A stretch of DNA of 64,000 nucleotides from Bacilli bacterium. Lineage in GTDB: Bacteria > Bacillota_I > Bacilli_A > ML615J-28 > CAG-698. Location: the NCBI GenBank assembly GCA_050953065.1, contig JBMNLZ010000003.1, positions 1 through 64,000 on the forward strand, in the 5' to 3' direction. Positions 49,053 through 59,348 of the stretch are shown in pieces (positions within the stretch are counted from its first letter, which is position 1; every line of letters starts with the position of its first letter). The notes under the pieces were generated by a model. It saw only the letters and a program-made list of their open reading frames with translations. It was not told the origin of the DNA and searched no databases. A program made the position numbers and the translations under genes.

Positions 49053-50969
49053 TTAACTTACTTTCCCACTTTCTATTTTTTTAACTTCTAATATTTCTAA
49101 ATTTTTTCCATCGCTAGCTGTTAAAATCATCCCTTCAGAAACAATTCCTTTTATTTTACAAGGTTTTAAATTCTTCACAAATACAACATTTTTATTTAAA
49201 AGTTCATTAGGTTTATAAAATTTAGCAATTCCTGATACTATTTGATATGTTTTTTCATCCGAAGTTAATTTAAAAACCAATAAATTATCTGATTTTTCTA
49301 CATTAGAACATTCGATGATTTTACCTACTCTTAAATCAAGTTTATTAAAATCATCTATTGTAATTTCAGGTTTAGCTTCTTCTTTTTCATTTGAAGCATT
49401 CTTTTCTTCATGATATTTTAATTCTGCTTCTATATCAAGTCTTTTAAATAGCATAATAGATTCTTTAGAAACATTAATATCTTTACTTATACCGTATTTT
49501 AAATTTTCATAAATACGGTTTTCTTCAAAAACATTTAATTGTTCAAAAATTTTATCTGCACAATCTGGAGTTACAGGATGAATCATTAAAGCAGTTAGTC
49601 TTAGCACTTCATATAAATTATATAAAACACTATTTAAATCTTCTTTTTTACTTTCATCTTTTGCTAAAATCCAAGGCTGTGTCTCATCAATATATTTATT
49701 TGCTCTACTTATCATTTCCCAAATTTCATTAATTCCTGCTTGAAAATGGAATGTATCAAATGCTTTTTTATAAGAAATAATAGTCTTATTTACAGTTTCT
49801 TCTAATGATTTATCAAAATCAAAATATTGTTTAGTAGGTTTAGTTAATTTAGAATCAAAATATTTATTAATCATAGCAGTAGTTCTACTTAATAAATTGC
49901 CTAAATCATTTACTAAATAATTATTGAATACTTCAATAAATCTCTCATAAGAAAAAATCGCATCATTTCCTAAAGGCATTTCCTTAATCAAGAAAAATCT
50001 TAAAGCATCTAGTCCATATCTTTCAGTAATATCTAATGGATAAATAACATTTCCTTTTGATTTAGACATTTTTCCTGCTCTCATTAAAACCCAACCATGA
50101 GCTAAAAGCTTAAACTTAATAGGAATTTCTAAAGCCATTAATAGAATTGGCCAATAAACAGCATGAAATCTTAAAATATCTTTACCAACAACATGATAAA
50201 CTTCATCACCTTCTAGCCAAAACTTTTTAAATAAACTATCGTATTTTGTATTATAGCCTAAAGCTGTAATATAATTGCTTAAAGCATCAACCCAAACATA
50301 AATAACATGTCTAGGATTACTTTTAACAGGAATCCCCCATTTAAAAGATGTTCTACTAACGCACAAATCTTCTAAACCTTGTTCTATAAAAGATACAACT
50401 TCGTTTTTTCTTGATTCAGGTTGAATAAAATCAGGATTTTCTTTTATGTAATTTAATAGTTGCTTTTCATATTTTTTTAGTTTTAAAAAATAACTTTCTT
50501 CTTCAACCTTTCTTAAAGGCTTTTCACAGTCTGGACAAAAACCTTCTTTAACAATTTGAGTTTTTGTAAAAAAAGATTCACAAGAGACGCAATAGTCACC
50601 TTCATATTTGCCTAAATAAATATCTCCTTTTTTAAGTAATGCCTCAAACATCTCTTGAACAACCTCAGTATGGCGAAGTTCTGATGTTCTAATAAAATCA
50701 TCGTTTGTAATTTTTAACTTTTCCCATAAAGATTTTGTATAAAGAGCAATTTGATCAACAAAATCTTGAGGAGTTTTATTGTTTTTTAAAGCAGCTTCTT
50801 CAATTTTTTGACCATGTTCATCCATTCCAGTCAAATAAAAAGTATCCATACCTTTAAAACGTTTAAATCTAGCAAAAGCATCACAAACTATCGTTGTATA
50901 TGAATTTCCAATATGTACTATCCCACTTGAATAATATATTGGAGTTGTTATATAACATGTTTTTTTCAT
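49053..50969 (-). CDS. metG: methionine--tRNA ligase with C-terminal tRNA-binding domain
   Basis: [54 protein letters not shown]. Confidence 0.99.
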   Translation of the reverse strand: MKKTCYITTPIYYSSGIVHIGNSYTTIVCDAFARFKRFKGMDTFYLTGMDEHGQKIEEAALKNNKTPQDFVDQIALYTKSLWEKLKITNDDFIRTSELRHTEVVQEMFEALLKKGDIYLGKYEGDYCVSCESFFTKTQIVKEGFCPDCEKPLRKVEEESYFLKLKKYEKQLLNYIKENPDFIQPESRKNEVVSFIEQGLEDLCVSRTSFKWGIPVKSNPRHVIYVWVDALSNYITALGYNTKYDSLFKKFWLEGDEVYHVVGKDILRFHAVYWPILLMALEIPIKFKLLAHGWVLMRAGKMSKSKGNVIYPLDITERYGLDALRFFLIKEMPLGNDAIFSYERFIEVFNNYLVNDLGNLLSRTTAMINKYFDSKLTKPTKQYFDFDKSLEETVNKTIISYKKAFDTFHFQAGINEIWEMISRANKYIDETQPWILAKDESKKEDLNSVLYNLYEVLRLTALMIHPVTPDCADKIFEQLNVFEENRIYENLKYGISKDINVSKESIMLFKRLDIEAELKYHEEKNASNEKEEAKPEITIDDFNKLDLRVGKIIECSNVEKSDNLLVFKLTSDEKTYQIVSGIAKFYKPNELLNKNVVFVKNLKPCKIKGIVSEGMILTASDGKNLEILEVKKIESGKVS

Positions 50970-51010
50970 TTTGTTTCACCTATTCTTACTACATCTTTTT
51001 TAAATATTTT

Positions 51011-51967
51011 TTACCAAAGAATATTAAAATTACGGAATTTCTCATTAACATCAGATCTCTTATCCTGTAAAGCAACTTCAAAAGGAACAATCTCTAATTT
51101 ACTTCCAATCTCACAAATACAACAACCACTCTTGCCAGCTTCTAAAGCTTCAATTGCTTTAACTCCCATAGTTGAAGCTAAAACTCTATCACGGGCAGAT
51201 GGCTTACCACCACGTTGTACATGCCCTAGAATAGTTGCTCTTGAATCAAAAGGTGTTCTTTCATTAACGATTTTTACTAATTCATCAATTGGAATCATAT
51301 TTTCAGCTAATATTAATATCGCATGACGTTTAAACTTCGCAGCCTCACTAATATTAGTAACCATTGCATCTATATCAAGCCCAGTTTCTTTTGTAATAAC
51401 AAACTCAGCTCCAACTGCAATGCCAGTCCACATAGCAATAGCACCACAATTTCTTCCCATAACTTCAATAATACTACACCTTCTGTGGCTATTTGATGTA
51501 TCTCTAAGTTTATCGACAGCCTCAATTACAGTATTTAAAGCAGTATCAAAGCCGATTGCAAAATCAGTTCCGCTAATATCATTATCAATAGTACCAGGGA
51601 TTCCAATACATTTAACTCCTAATTTTCCTAAATCAACCGCTCCCCTAAAAGTTCCATCACCACCAATAACAACTAAAGAATCAATTCCTAATTCTCTTAA
51701 GTTATCATATGATGCTTCTAAAACTTCTTTTTCCGCAAATCTTTTTAATCTAGCTGTTCCTAAAAAAGTTCCACCATGATTTACTTTTTCAGAAACAGAA
51801 CTTCTATGCATTCTTTCAATTCGACCTTCATACAACCCCTTATAACCATCAGCTATCCCATAAACCTCATATCCATAATAAAGTCCAGCTCTAACTACTG
51901 CTCTAATAGCAGCATTCATTCCTGGTGCATCCCCACCTGATGTTAAAACAGCTACTTTTTTTACCAT
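51011..51967 (-). CDS. pfkA: ATP-dependent 6-phosphofructokinase
   Basis: LTSGGDAPGMNAAIR, IGGDGT, PGTIDND, EVMGR, LGHVQRGG. Confidence 0.98.
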   Translation of the reverse strand: MVKKVAVLTSGGDAPGMNAAIRAVVRAGLYYGYEVYGIADGYKGLYEGRIERMHRSSVSEKVNHGGTFLGTARLKRFAEKEVLEASYDNLRELGIDSLVVIGGDGTFRGAVDLGKLGVKCIGIPGTIDNDISGTDFAIGFDTALNTVIEAVDKLRDTSNSHRRCSIIEVMGRNCGAIAMWTGIAVGAEFVITKETGLDIDAMVTNISEAAKFKRHAILILAENMIPIDELVKIVNERTPFDSRATILGHVQRGGKPSARDRVLASTMGVKAIEALEAGKSGCCICEIGSKLEIVPFEVALQDKRSDVNEKFRNFNILW

Positions 51968-52006
51968 ACTATACCACACCTCACATTTACAAATTGTATC
52001 ATAACT

Positions 52007-55000
52007 TTACTTTTTTTCATATATTTTTTCTAAAATAAACTGCTTCTTTTCATTCCTAACATCAACTCTTCCCCCTAAAACATACAAACTATTTGTTGCA
52101 AGTTCATTTTTTATACTTCCATAAACATTAGGGAAAACGACAACATCAATTGATGTTGTTTCATCTTTAACTTCTAAAAAAGCCATTTGATCATTATTCT
52201 TTGTATTAATAACCTTTTGTCTATATAACAGCCCTAAAATTAAATAACTTCTATTTTCTTCTAAATCATTGATGCTTGTTATTTTATATTTAGTTTTCAA
52301 ATCTTGGTTTCTTGCAAAAATATTAAATTTCAAATTAAAGCCTAATGCTTTTGCTTCATTTTCCATTAATTCTTCATATGTAAATTCTTCTTTTAAATAA
52401 CTCATCTTTTCTACTTCAGTTTTTAAAGTAGTTTGATAGTCAAGTAAGTTAATAATATTATCATATTCTAAAATCATTTGTTTTCTTGGAATATTAAACT
52501 CATCTAAAGCACCAGCATAAATTAAATACTCAACAACTCTTTTATTAAGTAATTTATTTGTTCTTGAAATAAAATCAACATAGCTTTCAAATTTACCATT
52601 TATTCTTTCTTCTAAGATATTACTAACAGCAGTATCACCAACATTTAAAATCCCAAGCAAAGAAAAATAAATTTTATTTTCTCTGATAACAAACTCTTTA
52701 CTACTTATATTAATGCTTGGCAATAAAACTTCTATCCCCTCACTCAAACATTCCTGAACATAAGTACTCAATAAAGAAGTACTTCCTAAACTATTAGATA
52801 ATAAAACAGCCATAAAATATGGAAAATAATGAGTTTTTAAATATGCTAATTGATAGCAAATATATGAATAAGCTACACTATGACTTTTATTAAAACCGTA
52901 ATTAGCAAACTTAACAATATAATCATATATTTCATTAGCTTCTGTTTCTAAATGCCCTAACTTAATTGATTTAGCAACAAAGTTAATTCTTTCTGTTTCT
53001 AAAATTGAAGCATTTTTTTTAGAAACAGCACGCCTTAAAATATCAGCCATTGCTAAAGAATAACCAGCAAATTTCGATGCAATTAACATTATTTGTTCTT
53101 GGAAAACAATTGTTCCATAAGTAGATTCCAAAATCTCTTTTAATTCTGGATGTGGATAAACAATTTTGTCTATTCCAAATTTTCTTCTAACAAAATTATC
53201 AATTTCATCCATTGGTCCTGGTCTAAAAAGCGCAATTGCATGAACTATATCAATAAAACTACTAACCTTTAGTTTTCTTAAAACATTACGCATTCCACTT
53301 GATTCTAATTGAAAAATTCCATTTGTTTTAGCACTTGCGATTAATTTATAGGTTGCCTCATCTTCAAATGAGATTTTAGAGATATTAAAATCTTGATCAA
53401 CTAATCTATTAACCATAGAACAAACGTTGTCAATAATCGTTAGATTTCTTAAACCTAAAAAATCCATTTTAACTAAACCAATTTTTTCTAAATCTTCAGC
53501 TTCAAATTGAGTTTGATAAATGTCATTAGGACCATTAATTAAAGCAGTATAATTCACTAAGTCATCTGGTCCCATAATAATACCCGCTGCATGTACTGAA
53601 ATATGGCGTGGTAAATCCTCAATCTTCATTGCTACATCTAATATTTTCTTAACAAATTCATTTTCCTCAATCATTTGTTGTAATTTACTTGATGATGCTA
53701 TTAATTCATTTATTGTTTGATTATAAAAGCTAATTTCACTTAAAATCTCAGCTAGCATTGTGTCATTAACCTTCATTACTCTAGCAATATCTCTCAAAGC
53801 CATTTTAACTTTAAAAGTTCCAAAAGTACTAATATGAGCAACTCTATGTTTTCCGTATTTTTTACCAACATATTTAATTATCATATCTCTTTTATCATCT
53901 GGAAAGTCAATATCTATATCGGGCATGCTAACTCTTTCAGGATTTAAAAATCTTTCAAATAGTAAATCATGTTCTAAAGGATCAATTTCAGTAATCCCTA
54001 ATGAATAACTTACCAAAGATCCAGGTGCAGAGCCTCTTCCAGGCCCTACCATTATCTTATTTTTCTTAGCGTATAAAACATAATCATATACTATTAAAAA
54101 ATAATCAGAATATCCCATTTCAGAAATTATTTTTAATTCATGTAATAATCTTTCTTTATAAACTAAAGGGTTTTTATTCTTATTCTTTAACCTTTTATTT
54201 AATCCTAGTTTACATAAATCAAAAAGATAAGTTTTACTATCTAAATCAGCCTTAAATTTAGGTAAATAATGTTTGCTTAAATCAAGTTCTACATCACAAA
54301 GGTCAGCTATTTTTCTAGTATTAGCAAGCATATCTTGATAATTTTTAAATTTAAATTGCGCTTCTTCTTTACTAAGTAAAAATGAATTTTTTTCCTTTTC
54401 TGTATAAGTATAACTATTTAAGCCTAAATCAATACATCTTAATACTTGATATGCTTCAAAATCTTCTTCAACTAAAAAGTTAGTTTTATTTAAAGCTACT
54501 TTTTTAATATTATTTTTTTTAAAAAAATTATTAACTAATTCAAAACTATTTAGATTTTTTTCATCTTGAAAATCCCAGCCTAAATATAATTCATTAAACG
54601 TTTCCTTATATTCATTAAGTAGTTCTAAAGCATTATTTAAATTATCATTTAATAAAAACTTAACAACCTCATTTTCATCTCCAGGAATAACTGTAATTAA
54701 ATCATAATTAGCAGTTTTTAAAAACTCTAAATTTAAAACACTCAAACTTTCTCTTGAGGCAATCTTTAATAAATTCTTATATCCCTCAATGTTTTTTGCA
54801 AAAAACAAAATATATGAATCAAAATTTCCTTTTGATTCAAGATGGGCTTTCAGTCCAAAAAGAGGCTTTATGTTCTCTTTTTTACATGCTTCATAAAACT
54901 TGACAGCCCCATGCATATTAGTATCAGTTATCGCTAAAGCATCTAGTTTATATTCTTTAGCTTTTAAGATAAGTTCACTTATCTTAACTGTACTATTTAG

Positions 55001-55051
55001 CATACTGTATTCACTTTGAATATAAAGATTAACAAACATAATTTTACTCAC
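52007..55051 (-). CDS. dnaE: DNA polymerase III alpha subunit (DnaE type)
   Basis: PHP ALAITD, GPGRGSA, LLFERFLNPER.SMPDIDID, HAAGI, YGFNKSHS. Start may be the ATG at 55039. Confidence 0.98.
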   Translation of the reverse strand: MSKIMFVNLYIQSEYSMLNSTVKISELILKAKEYKLDALAITDTNMHGAVKFYEACKKENIKPLFGLKAHLESKGNFDSYILFFAKNIEGYKNLLKIASRESLSVLNLEFLKTANYDLITVIPGDENEVVKFLLNDNLNNALELLNEYKETFNELYLGWDFQDEKNLNSFELVNNFFKKNNIKKVALNKTNFLVEEDFEAYQVLRCIDLGLNSYTYTEKEKNSFLLSKEEAQFKFKNYQDMLANTRKIADLCDVELDLSKHYLPKFKADLDSKTYLFDLCKLGLNKRLKNKNKNPLVYKERLLHELKIISEMGYSDYFLIVYDYVLYAKKNKIMVGPGRGSAPGSLVSYSLGITEIDPLEHDLLFERFLNPERVSMPDIDIDFPDDKRDMIIKYVGKKYGKHRVAHISTFGTFKVKMALRDIARVMKVNDTMLAEILSEISFYNQTINELIASSSKLQQMIEENEFVKKILDVAMKIEDLPRHISVHAAGIIMGPDDLVNYTALINGPNDIYQTQFEAEDLEKIGLVKMDFLGLRNLTIIDNVCSMVNRLVDQDFNISKISFEDEATYKLIASAKTNGIFQLESSGMRNVLRKLKVSSFIDIVHAIALFRPGPMDEIDNFVRRKFGIDKIVYPHPELKEILESTYGTIVFQEQIMLIASKFAGYSLAMADILRRAVSKKNASILETERINFVAKSIKLGHLETEANEIYDYIVKFANYGFNKSHSVAYSYICYQLAYLKTHYFPYFMAVLLSNSLGSTSLLSTYVQECLSEGIEVLLPSINISSKEFVIRENKIYFSLLGILNVGDTAVSNILEERINGKFESYVDFISRTNKLLNKRVVEYLIYAGALDEFNIPRKQMILEYDNIINLLDYQTTLKTEVEKMSYLKEEFTYEELMENEAKALGFNLKFNIFARNQDLKTKYKITSINDLEENRSYLILGLLYRQKVINTKNNDQMAFLEVKDETTSIDVVVFPNVYGSIKNELATNSLYVLGGRVDVRNEKKQFILEKIYEKK

Positions 55052-55136
55052 TAAATAATATTTTTATCTATCAATTAGTATAGCACAATTAACGTAGTTT
55101 AGCAATAAATCCAAAAAAATAAAAGGTGCAATTAAA

Positions 55137-58100
55137 TTACACCTTTTTAAAGATTTTCTTCTTTATTAAAAACATTATAAGAAAACTTACCCCTGCACTA
55201 AAAAGTGCTATAAGAAGTGTTCCTGTTTTAAAATTATTTTTATTTAGCTCAATAATATTATTTCCACTACTAACACTACTAAGCGTTGAAGTCTTAAAAT
55301 CAAGTAAAAACTCTTCTAATTGGTTTGAACTCTTAAGAATTTCAAAACTAGCTATCTTACAAGAATCACTAGCATCAATTGAAATTTTTGCTAGTTCTAA
55401 ACTAACCAATTTTTTATTCCCATAATCACAAAGCAAACTAATACTTCCCTCATAATTTGCTTTTTCTAGCCCTTCAAAATATATCATTTGATTATATAAA
55501 GAGATTCTTTTTTTATAATTATTTAAACTAGAAGTTAAAGAAATTTCTAAATATCTTGCACAGTTTTCTAAATCTATCAGTGAAATTTGAAGTTTTTTAT
55601 TTTCAATTCTTGAATTAAGAGAAACTAAATCCTTTAAAATTCTAATTTTTAAATATTTATCCAAATTAATAATTTGATTATACTTTTCTTTTTCTAAATA
55701 TACTTTAGAAATATGAAGTTTATAAACCCCACTTTCATTATATTTAGGTAACTCTAGAGTTACAACTCCTTCTAATACTGTAAAATTACTTTCAAAATTA
55801 TTATTAACAATAAATCCTTTAACTTCCCAATCATCTAAATTTGATAGAGTAATATTAATTTTTATATCTTGACCTTTTAAAAATTCATAATCCCAGTCTA
55901 AATAAAAATCTTCATTATATTTCACTGCTAAATTTTCTATCAAAAAATTTACTTCATGAGTTTGATTTAAACCACTCAAAATCAATTTATTTTGATTTAA
56001 TTTATTTACAGCATGATTGTTTTCAACTCCTACACCATTCAAACTAGCATCGCCTGAAAAAAACAAATTATATCCTAAAGGATAAACTTCACCTTCTCTA
56101 ACATTTACTCTTAATGGTACTACAACCGTCTTTTCTAATTCTAATAAATCTAGATTCCCTGACTTATATTTTTCAACACTTTTATATTCACCAAATACAT
56201 TTTCACTAAAATAATCGTTATTAGTACTTTCAAACAATTTTAATGTTTTAAAAAGACCTAAAACTTCATTTTTATCTTCTTCTAAACCAAAAATTACTTC
56301 TTGATCAAAATTATCCAAATGATATATTTCTATTTCTTTTAGGTAGATTTCTTCTTCTGAAAAATAAAGTCTTAAATTCTCATAATCTGTATAATAGATT
56401 ATTTCTGATAAATCTCTATCAATTTCAATATCTTCTTCTTTTAAAGCTGTAAAAGGATTATATAAAAGCAAACTATTATTTTCCAAAACTAATAGTTTGT
56501 TTGCTTTTGTTTTGAAAGCATAATTTATATTTGAAGACTCAAAATAGTAATTACAATGTAAATCCTCATCGAATGAAGCTATTACATTATCACCTACTAT
56601 AACTATATCTTCTTCAAAATTAAAAACTTTTAACGCGTTTTGGCTAGAAAGTATAATCTTAAAATTAAGTAACTCTAAATCTAAAGAGATTTTAGCTAAA
56701 ACCATATTGCATTTATTTAAAGCACCTCCATTACCAAATTCTCCTTCTGCTAAATATTCTTTTTCACCTAAAACAAACAAATTATTATTTAAAGCAGTAA
56801 TCGATTTAAAAGTCTCAGTTTTTAGTCCTCCATAAACATTTAAATCTTCAAATTCAAAATTATTAGAAAATCTAATAATAAAGGCGCTTATTCCAGCAAC
56901 GTTTTTAGCAGTTAGTGCACTTTGAAATTCATCACCTGCAATAATTACTTGGCCTACTAAATATCTTTTATTTTCATAATTAAACCATTCAATTTTACTT
57001 GAAAACTTGCTTTCAAAAAGTTTTTGTTTAGTGAAAGTTTCCCAGTTTAAAGCAATAGTTATTTTATTTAAACAGCCCGTTGCATCAAGATACATTATGA
57101 TAACTTGGCCTTCAACTTCAAAGACATTAACCGTTAAATAATTACTCGTTAAATCAAGAGTCTTCTTTAATTGCCCCTCTTCATATAAAGAAGCACTTAA
57201 TTTTTTATCTAAGGAAGAAACTATTTTATAATTGGCAGTTTCATGAACTATTATTTCATTAACTACTGTTCCTTCTTCTTGATAATGATTTTTAGCATTT
57301 AAATCAATAACCCCTACATATAAAAAAACTAACACAACAACTAAAAACACCTTACTTTTAAAAGGGATTAAAAAACCTAGCACCCCACCTATTAAAACAA
57401 ATATCAAAGTAAAAAATACTTTTTCAAGGCTACTTGAATTCTCGTTATCCAAAACAGCTTCTCCATAAGTAATAATGTGTTTAACTTCTTCCTTTTGGAC
57501 TTCACTAATTTCTAGAAATTCAGAAAAATTAGTTGCTACTTGATAATCTTTTTCATCATAACACAAATCGCTAACAACAAAATTAATACTTTCTTCTTCC
57601 CCTTCGTTACTAACAAGTCTAAAAGTATAATTGCCATCTTTTTTTATTATATGATTATTTTCAATTAAAGCATTGTTTAAATATCCAATCCCATTAAAAG
57701 ACAAACTAATATCATTGTTATAAACTTCACCATTTTTCAAAGAAATTTTAGGTTTAACATACACATTGCTTTTATAATAAACAACTACACCTCCTAAATA
57801 ATATTTTATTTTAAAACTATAATTTCCAAAATTTATATATCTATTTGGATTAATACCTATTTTATGAGCTAGACCATTATTTATAAAAACACTGTAATTT
57901 TCATAATTATAGTTATTATTTTCTATCGATGCTTCTTTTACTATTTTGATATAAGTTAAATCAAAACGATAATTAAGATATTTTCCATCTTCTACTACAC
58001 TTCTATAAACTATTTTTATTTGTTCTCCAACTTCATTAATTTGATAAATGCTATCTAAATTACTAACATTATATCGATAATGGAACCTAGTTTCATCGCT

Positions 58101-59294
58101 TTTACTGAATTTGACAACATTAATTATAAAAGAAGTCTTATAACTACCATAACATAAAAGAAAATCACCTCTACCATCGACTCTAATTAAAGGATCTATA
58201 ATACTAGAAACTATTTCATCATGCATCCAAACATAGGTGGTTCTTGCTTCATAGATATTGTCTTGATATTTTTCAATATAGAAACTCCAATAACTGCCTA
58301 CTTTTTCTTTCCTTAATATTATAACTCCACTAGCATCTACATAAATATCATGTATTTGCCAGAAAGAATCTATTCTTACATAATCTACCATTCCAGAAAT
58401 TCCATCTACTTTTATTAATGCAGTAAAAGTATAATCTGAATTAAAATAATAATTACCACTGTTACCTGCAAATTTAACCACACCATATAAATCATCATCA
58501 TTAAATTCAACTTCTATAATTGAATTTAATCCATTATTTCCAAAAACACTTTCACTAACAACATTTAAATTATAATAATTTAATTCTTTATAATGAATTA
58601 AACGATTAGGACTATTTTTTAACCTTCTAGTTTCGCAAATATTCAATCTTTCATCATTTAAGTTAATAGCATAAATTTCAGAAGTTACATTTTCCTCATA
58701 AATAATTGATCTAACAATTTGATTAGATTTTGTTATTTCTAAAATCCAACTATTCATATTATCATTTTTAAAATGTTTTCCACCTAAAATTATACTATTA
58801 AAAGTTAGAGTTGCATCATTAAAAGTTGATTCAATCTCAAATTTTCTCTCCCAAATCTTTTGATCATCTTGATAATATGCAAGATATGCTAAGGGCCATC
58901 TTTCTTGTCTAGGCATAGGATTATTATAATTATTATCAACCTCACCAATTCTATAATATTCAGTTTGACTTACATAAATAACCTTTTTAATTAAAATTGA
59001 ATCATTACTATTATAAAATTTATTTTCAGTTTTACTATAACCTTCTTTTAAAACATTGTCATTTACAATATAAACATTAGTTCCAACAAACATATTTAGT
59101 TCATTAGAAAAGTATGTAGCTTGGTAATTACCTGGCAAATTAAAATTTACATTATTTTCTACTAATACTAAATCATTCCTTTCTAAATCGCCTTGGTCAC
59201 CCACTCCAGTTGGGATTATAATATCGCTATATGCACTTACTCCTTGAAAATTAATAAAAAACATCATTGTTAATAATATTAAAATTTTTTTCAT
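55137..59294 (-). CDS. large hypothetical membrane-anchored protein with two related extracellular halves
   Basis: Signal peptide, central TM pair, C-terminal TM plus basic tail; the GEVY..L.F.G...LN....ENNH motif occurs twice. Confidence 0.8.
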   Translation of the reverse strand: MKKILILLTMMFFINFQGVSAYSDIIIPTGVGDQGDLERNDLVLVENNVNFNLPGNYQATYFSNELNMFVGTNVYIVNDNVLKEGYSKTENKFYNSNDSILIKKVIYVSQTEYYRIGEVDNNYNNPMPRQERWPLAYLAYYQDDQKIWERKFEIESTFNDATLTFNSIILGGKHFKNDNMNSWILEITKSNQIVRSIIYEENVTSEIYAINLNDERLNICETRRLKNSPNRLIHYKELNYYNLNVVSESVFGNNGLNSIIEVEFNDDDLYGVVKFAGNSGNYYFNSDYTFTALIKVDGISGMVDYVRIDSFWQIHDIYVDASGVIILRKEKVGSYWSFYIEKYQDNIYEARTTYVWMHDEIVSSIIDPLIRVDGRGDFLLCYGSYKTSFIINVVKFSKSDETRFHYRYNVSNLDSIYQINEVGEQIKIVYRSVVEDGKYLNYRFDLTYIKIVKEASIENNNYNYENYSVFINNGLAHKIGINPNRYINFGNYSFKIKYYLGGVVVYYKSNVYVKPKISLKNGEVYNNDISLSFNGIGYLNNALIENNHIIKKDGNYTFRLVSNEGEEESINFVVSDLCYDEKDYQVATNFSEFLEISEVQKEEVKHIITYGEAVLDNENSSSLEKVFFTLIFVLIGGVLGFLIPFKSKVFLVVVLVFLYVGVIDLNAKNHYQEEGTVVNEIIVHETANYKIVSSLDKKLSASLYEEGQLKKTLDLTSNYLTVNVFEVEGQVIIMYLDATGCLNKITIALNWETFTKQKLFESKFSSKIEWFNYENKRYLVGQVIIAGDEFQSALTAKNVAGISAFIIRFSNNFEFEDLNVYGGLKTETFKSITALNNNLFVLGEKEYLAEGEFGNGGALNKCNMVLAKISLDLELLNFKIILSSQNALKVFNFEEDIVIVGDNVIASFDEDLHCNYYFESSNINYAFKTKANKLLVLENNSLLLYNPFTALKEEDIEIDRDLSEIIYYTDYENLRLYFSEEEIYLKEIEIYHLDNFDQEVIFGLEEDKNEVLGLFKTLKLFESTNNDYFSENVFGEYKSVEKYKSGNLDLLELEKTVVVPLRVNVREGEVYPLGYNLFFSGDASLNGVGVENNHAVNKLNQNKLILSGLNQTHEVNFLIENLAVKYNEDFYLDWDYEFLKGQDIKINITLSNLDDWEVKGFIVNNNFESNFTVLEGVVTLELPKYNESGVYKLHISKVYLEKEKYNQIINLDKYLKIRILKDLVSLNSRIENKKLQISLIDLENCARYLEISLTSSLNNYKKRISLYNQMIYFEGLEKANYEGSISLLCDYGNKKLVSLELAKISIDASDSCKIASFEILKSSNQLEEFLLDFKTSTLSSVSSGNNIIELNKNNFKTGTLLIALFSAGVSFLIMFLIKKKIFKKV

Positions 59295-59299
59295 AAAAA

Positions 59300-59327
59300 C
59301 ACCTCTACTATTATATTAGTAGAGGTG
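59300..59327 (-). terminator. terminator-like hairpin after ackA, overlapping the RBS of the next gene
   Basis: CACCTCTACTA-ATATAA-TAGTAGAGGTG followed by TTTTT-ATG. Confidence 0.75.
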
Positions 59328-59348
59328 ACCTATTTTTACTTTTTTATT

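Noticed and set aside
26289-55425. Short ORFs overlapping recX, prfB/secA, leuS, secE, cysS, the amidase, pfkA and others
   Set aside because: Antisense or off-frame to confident genes, with no independent evidence.
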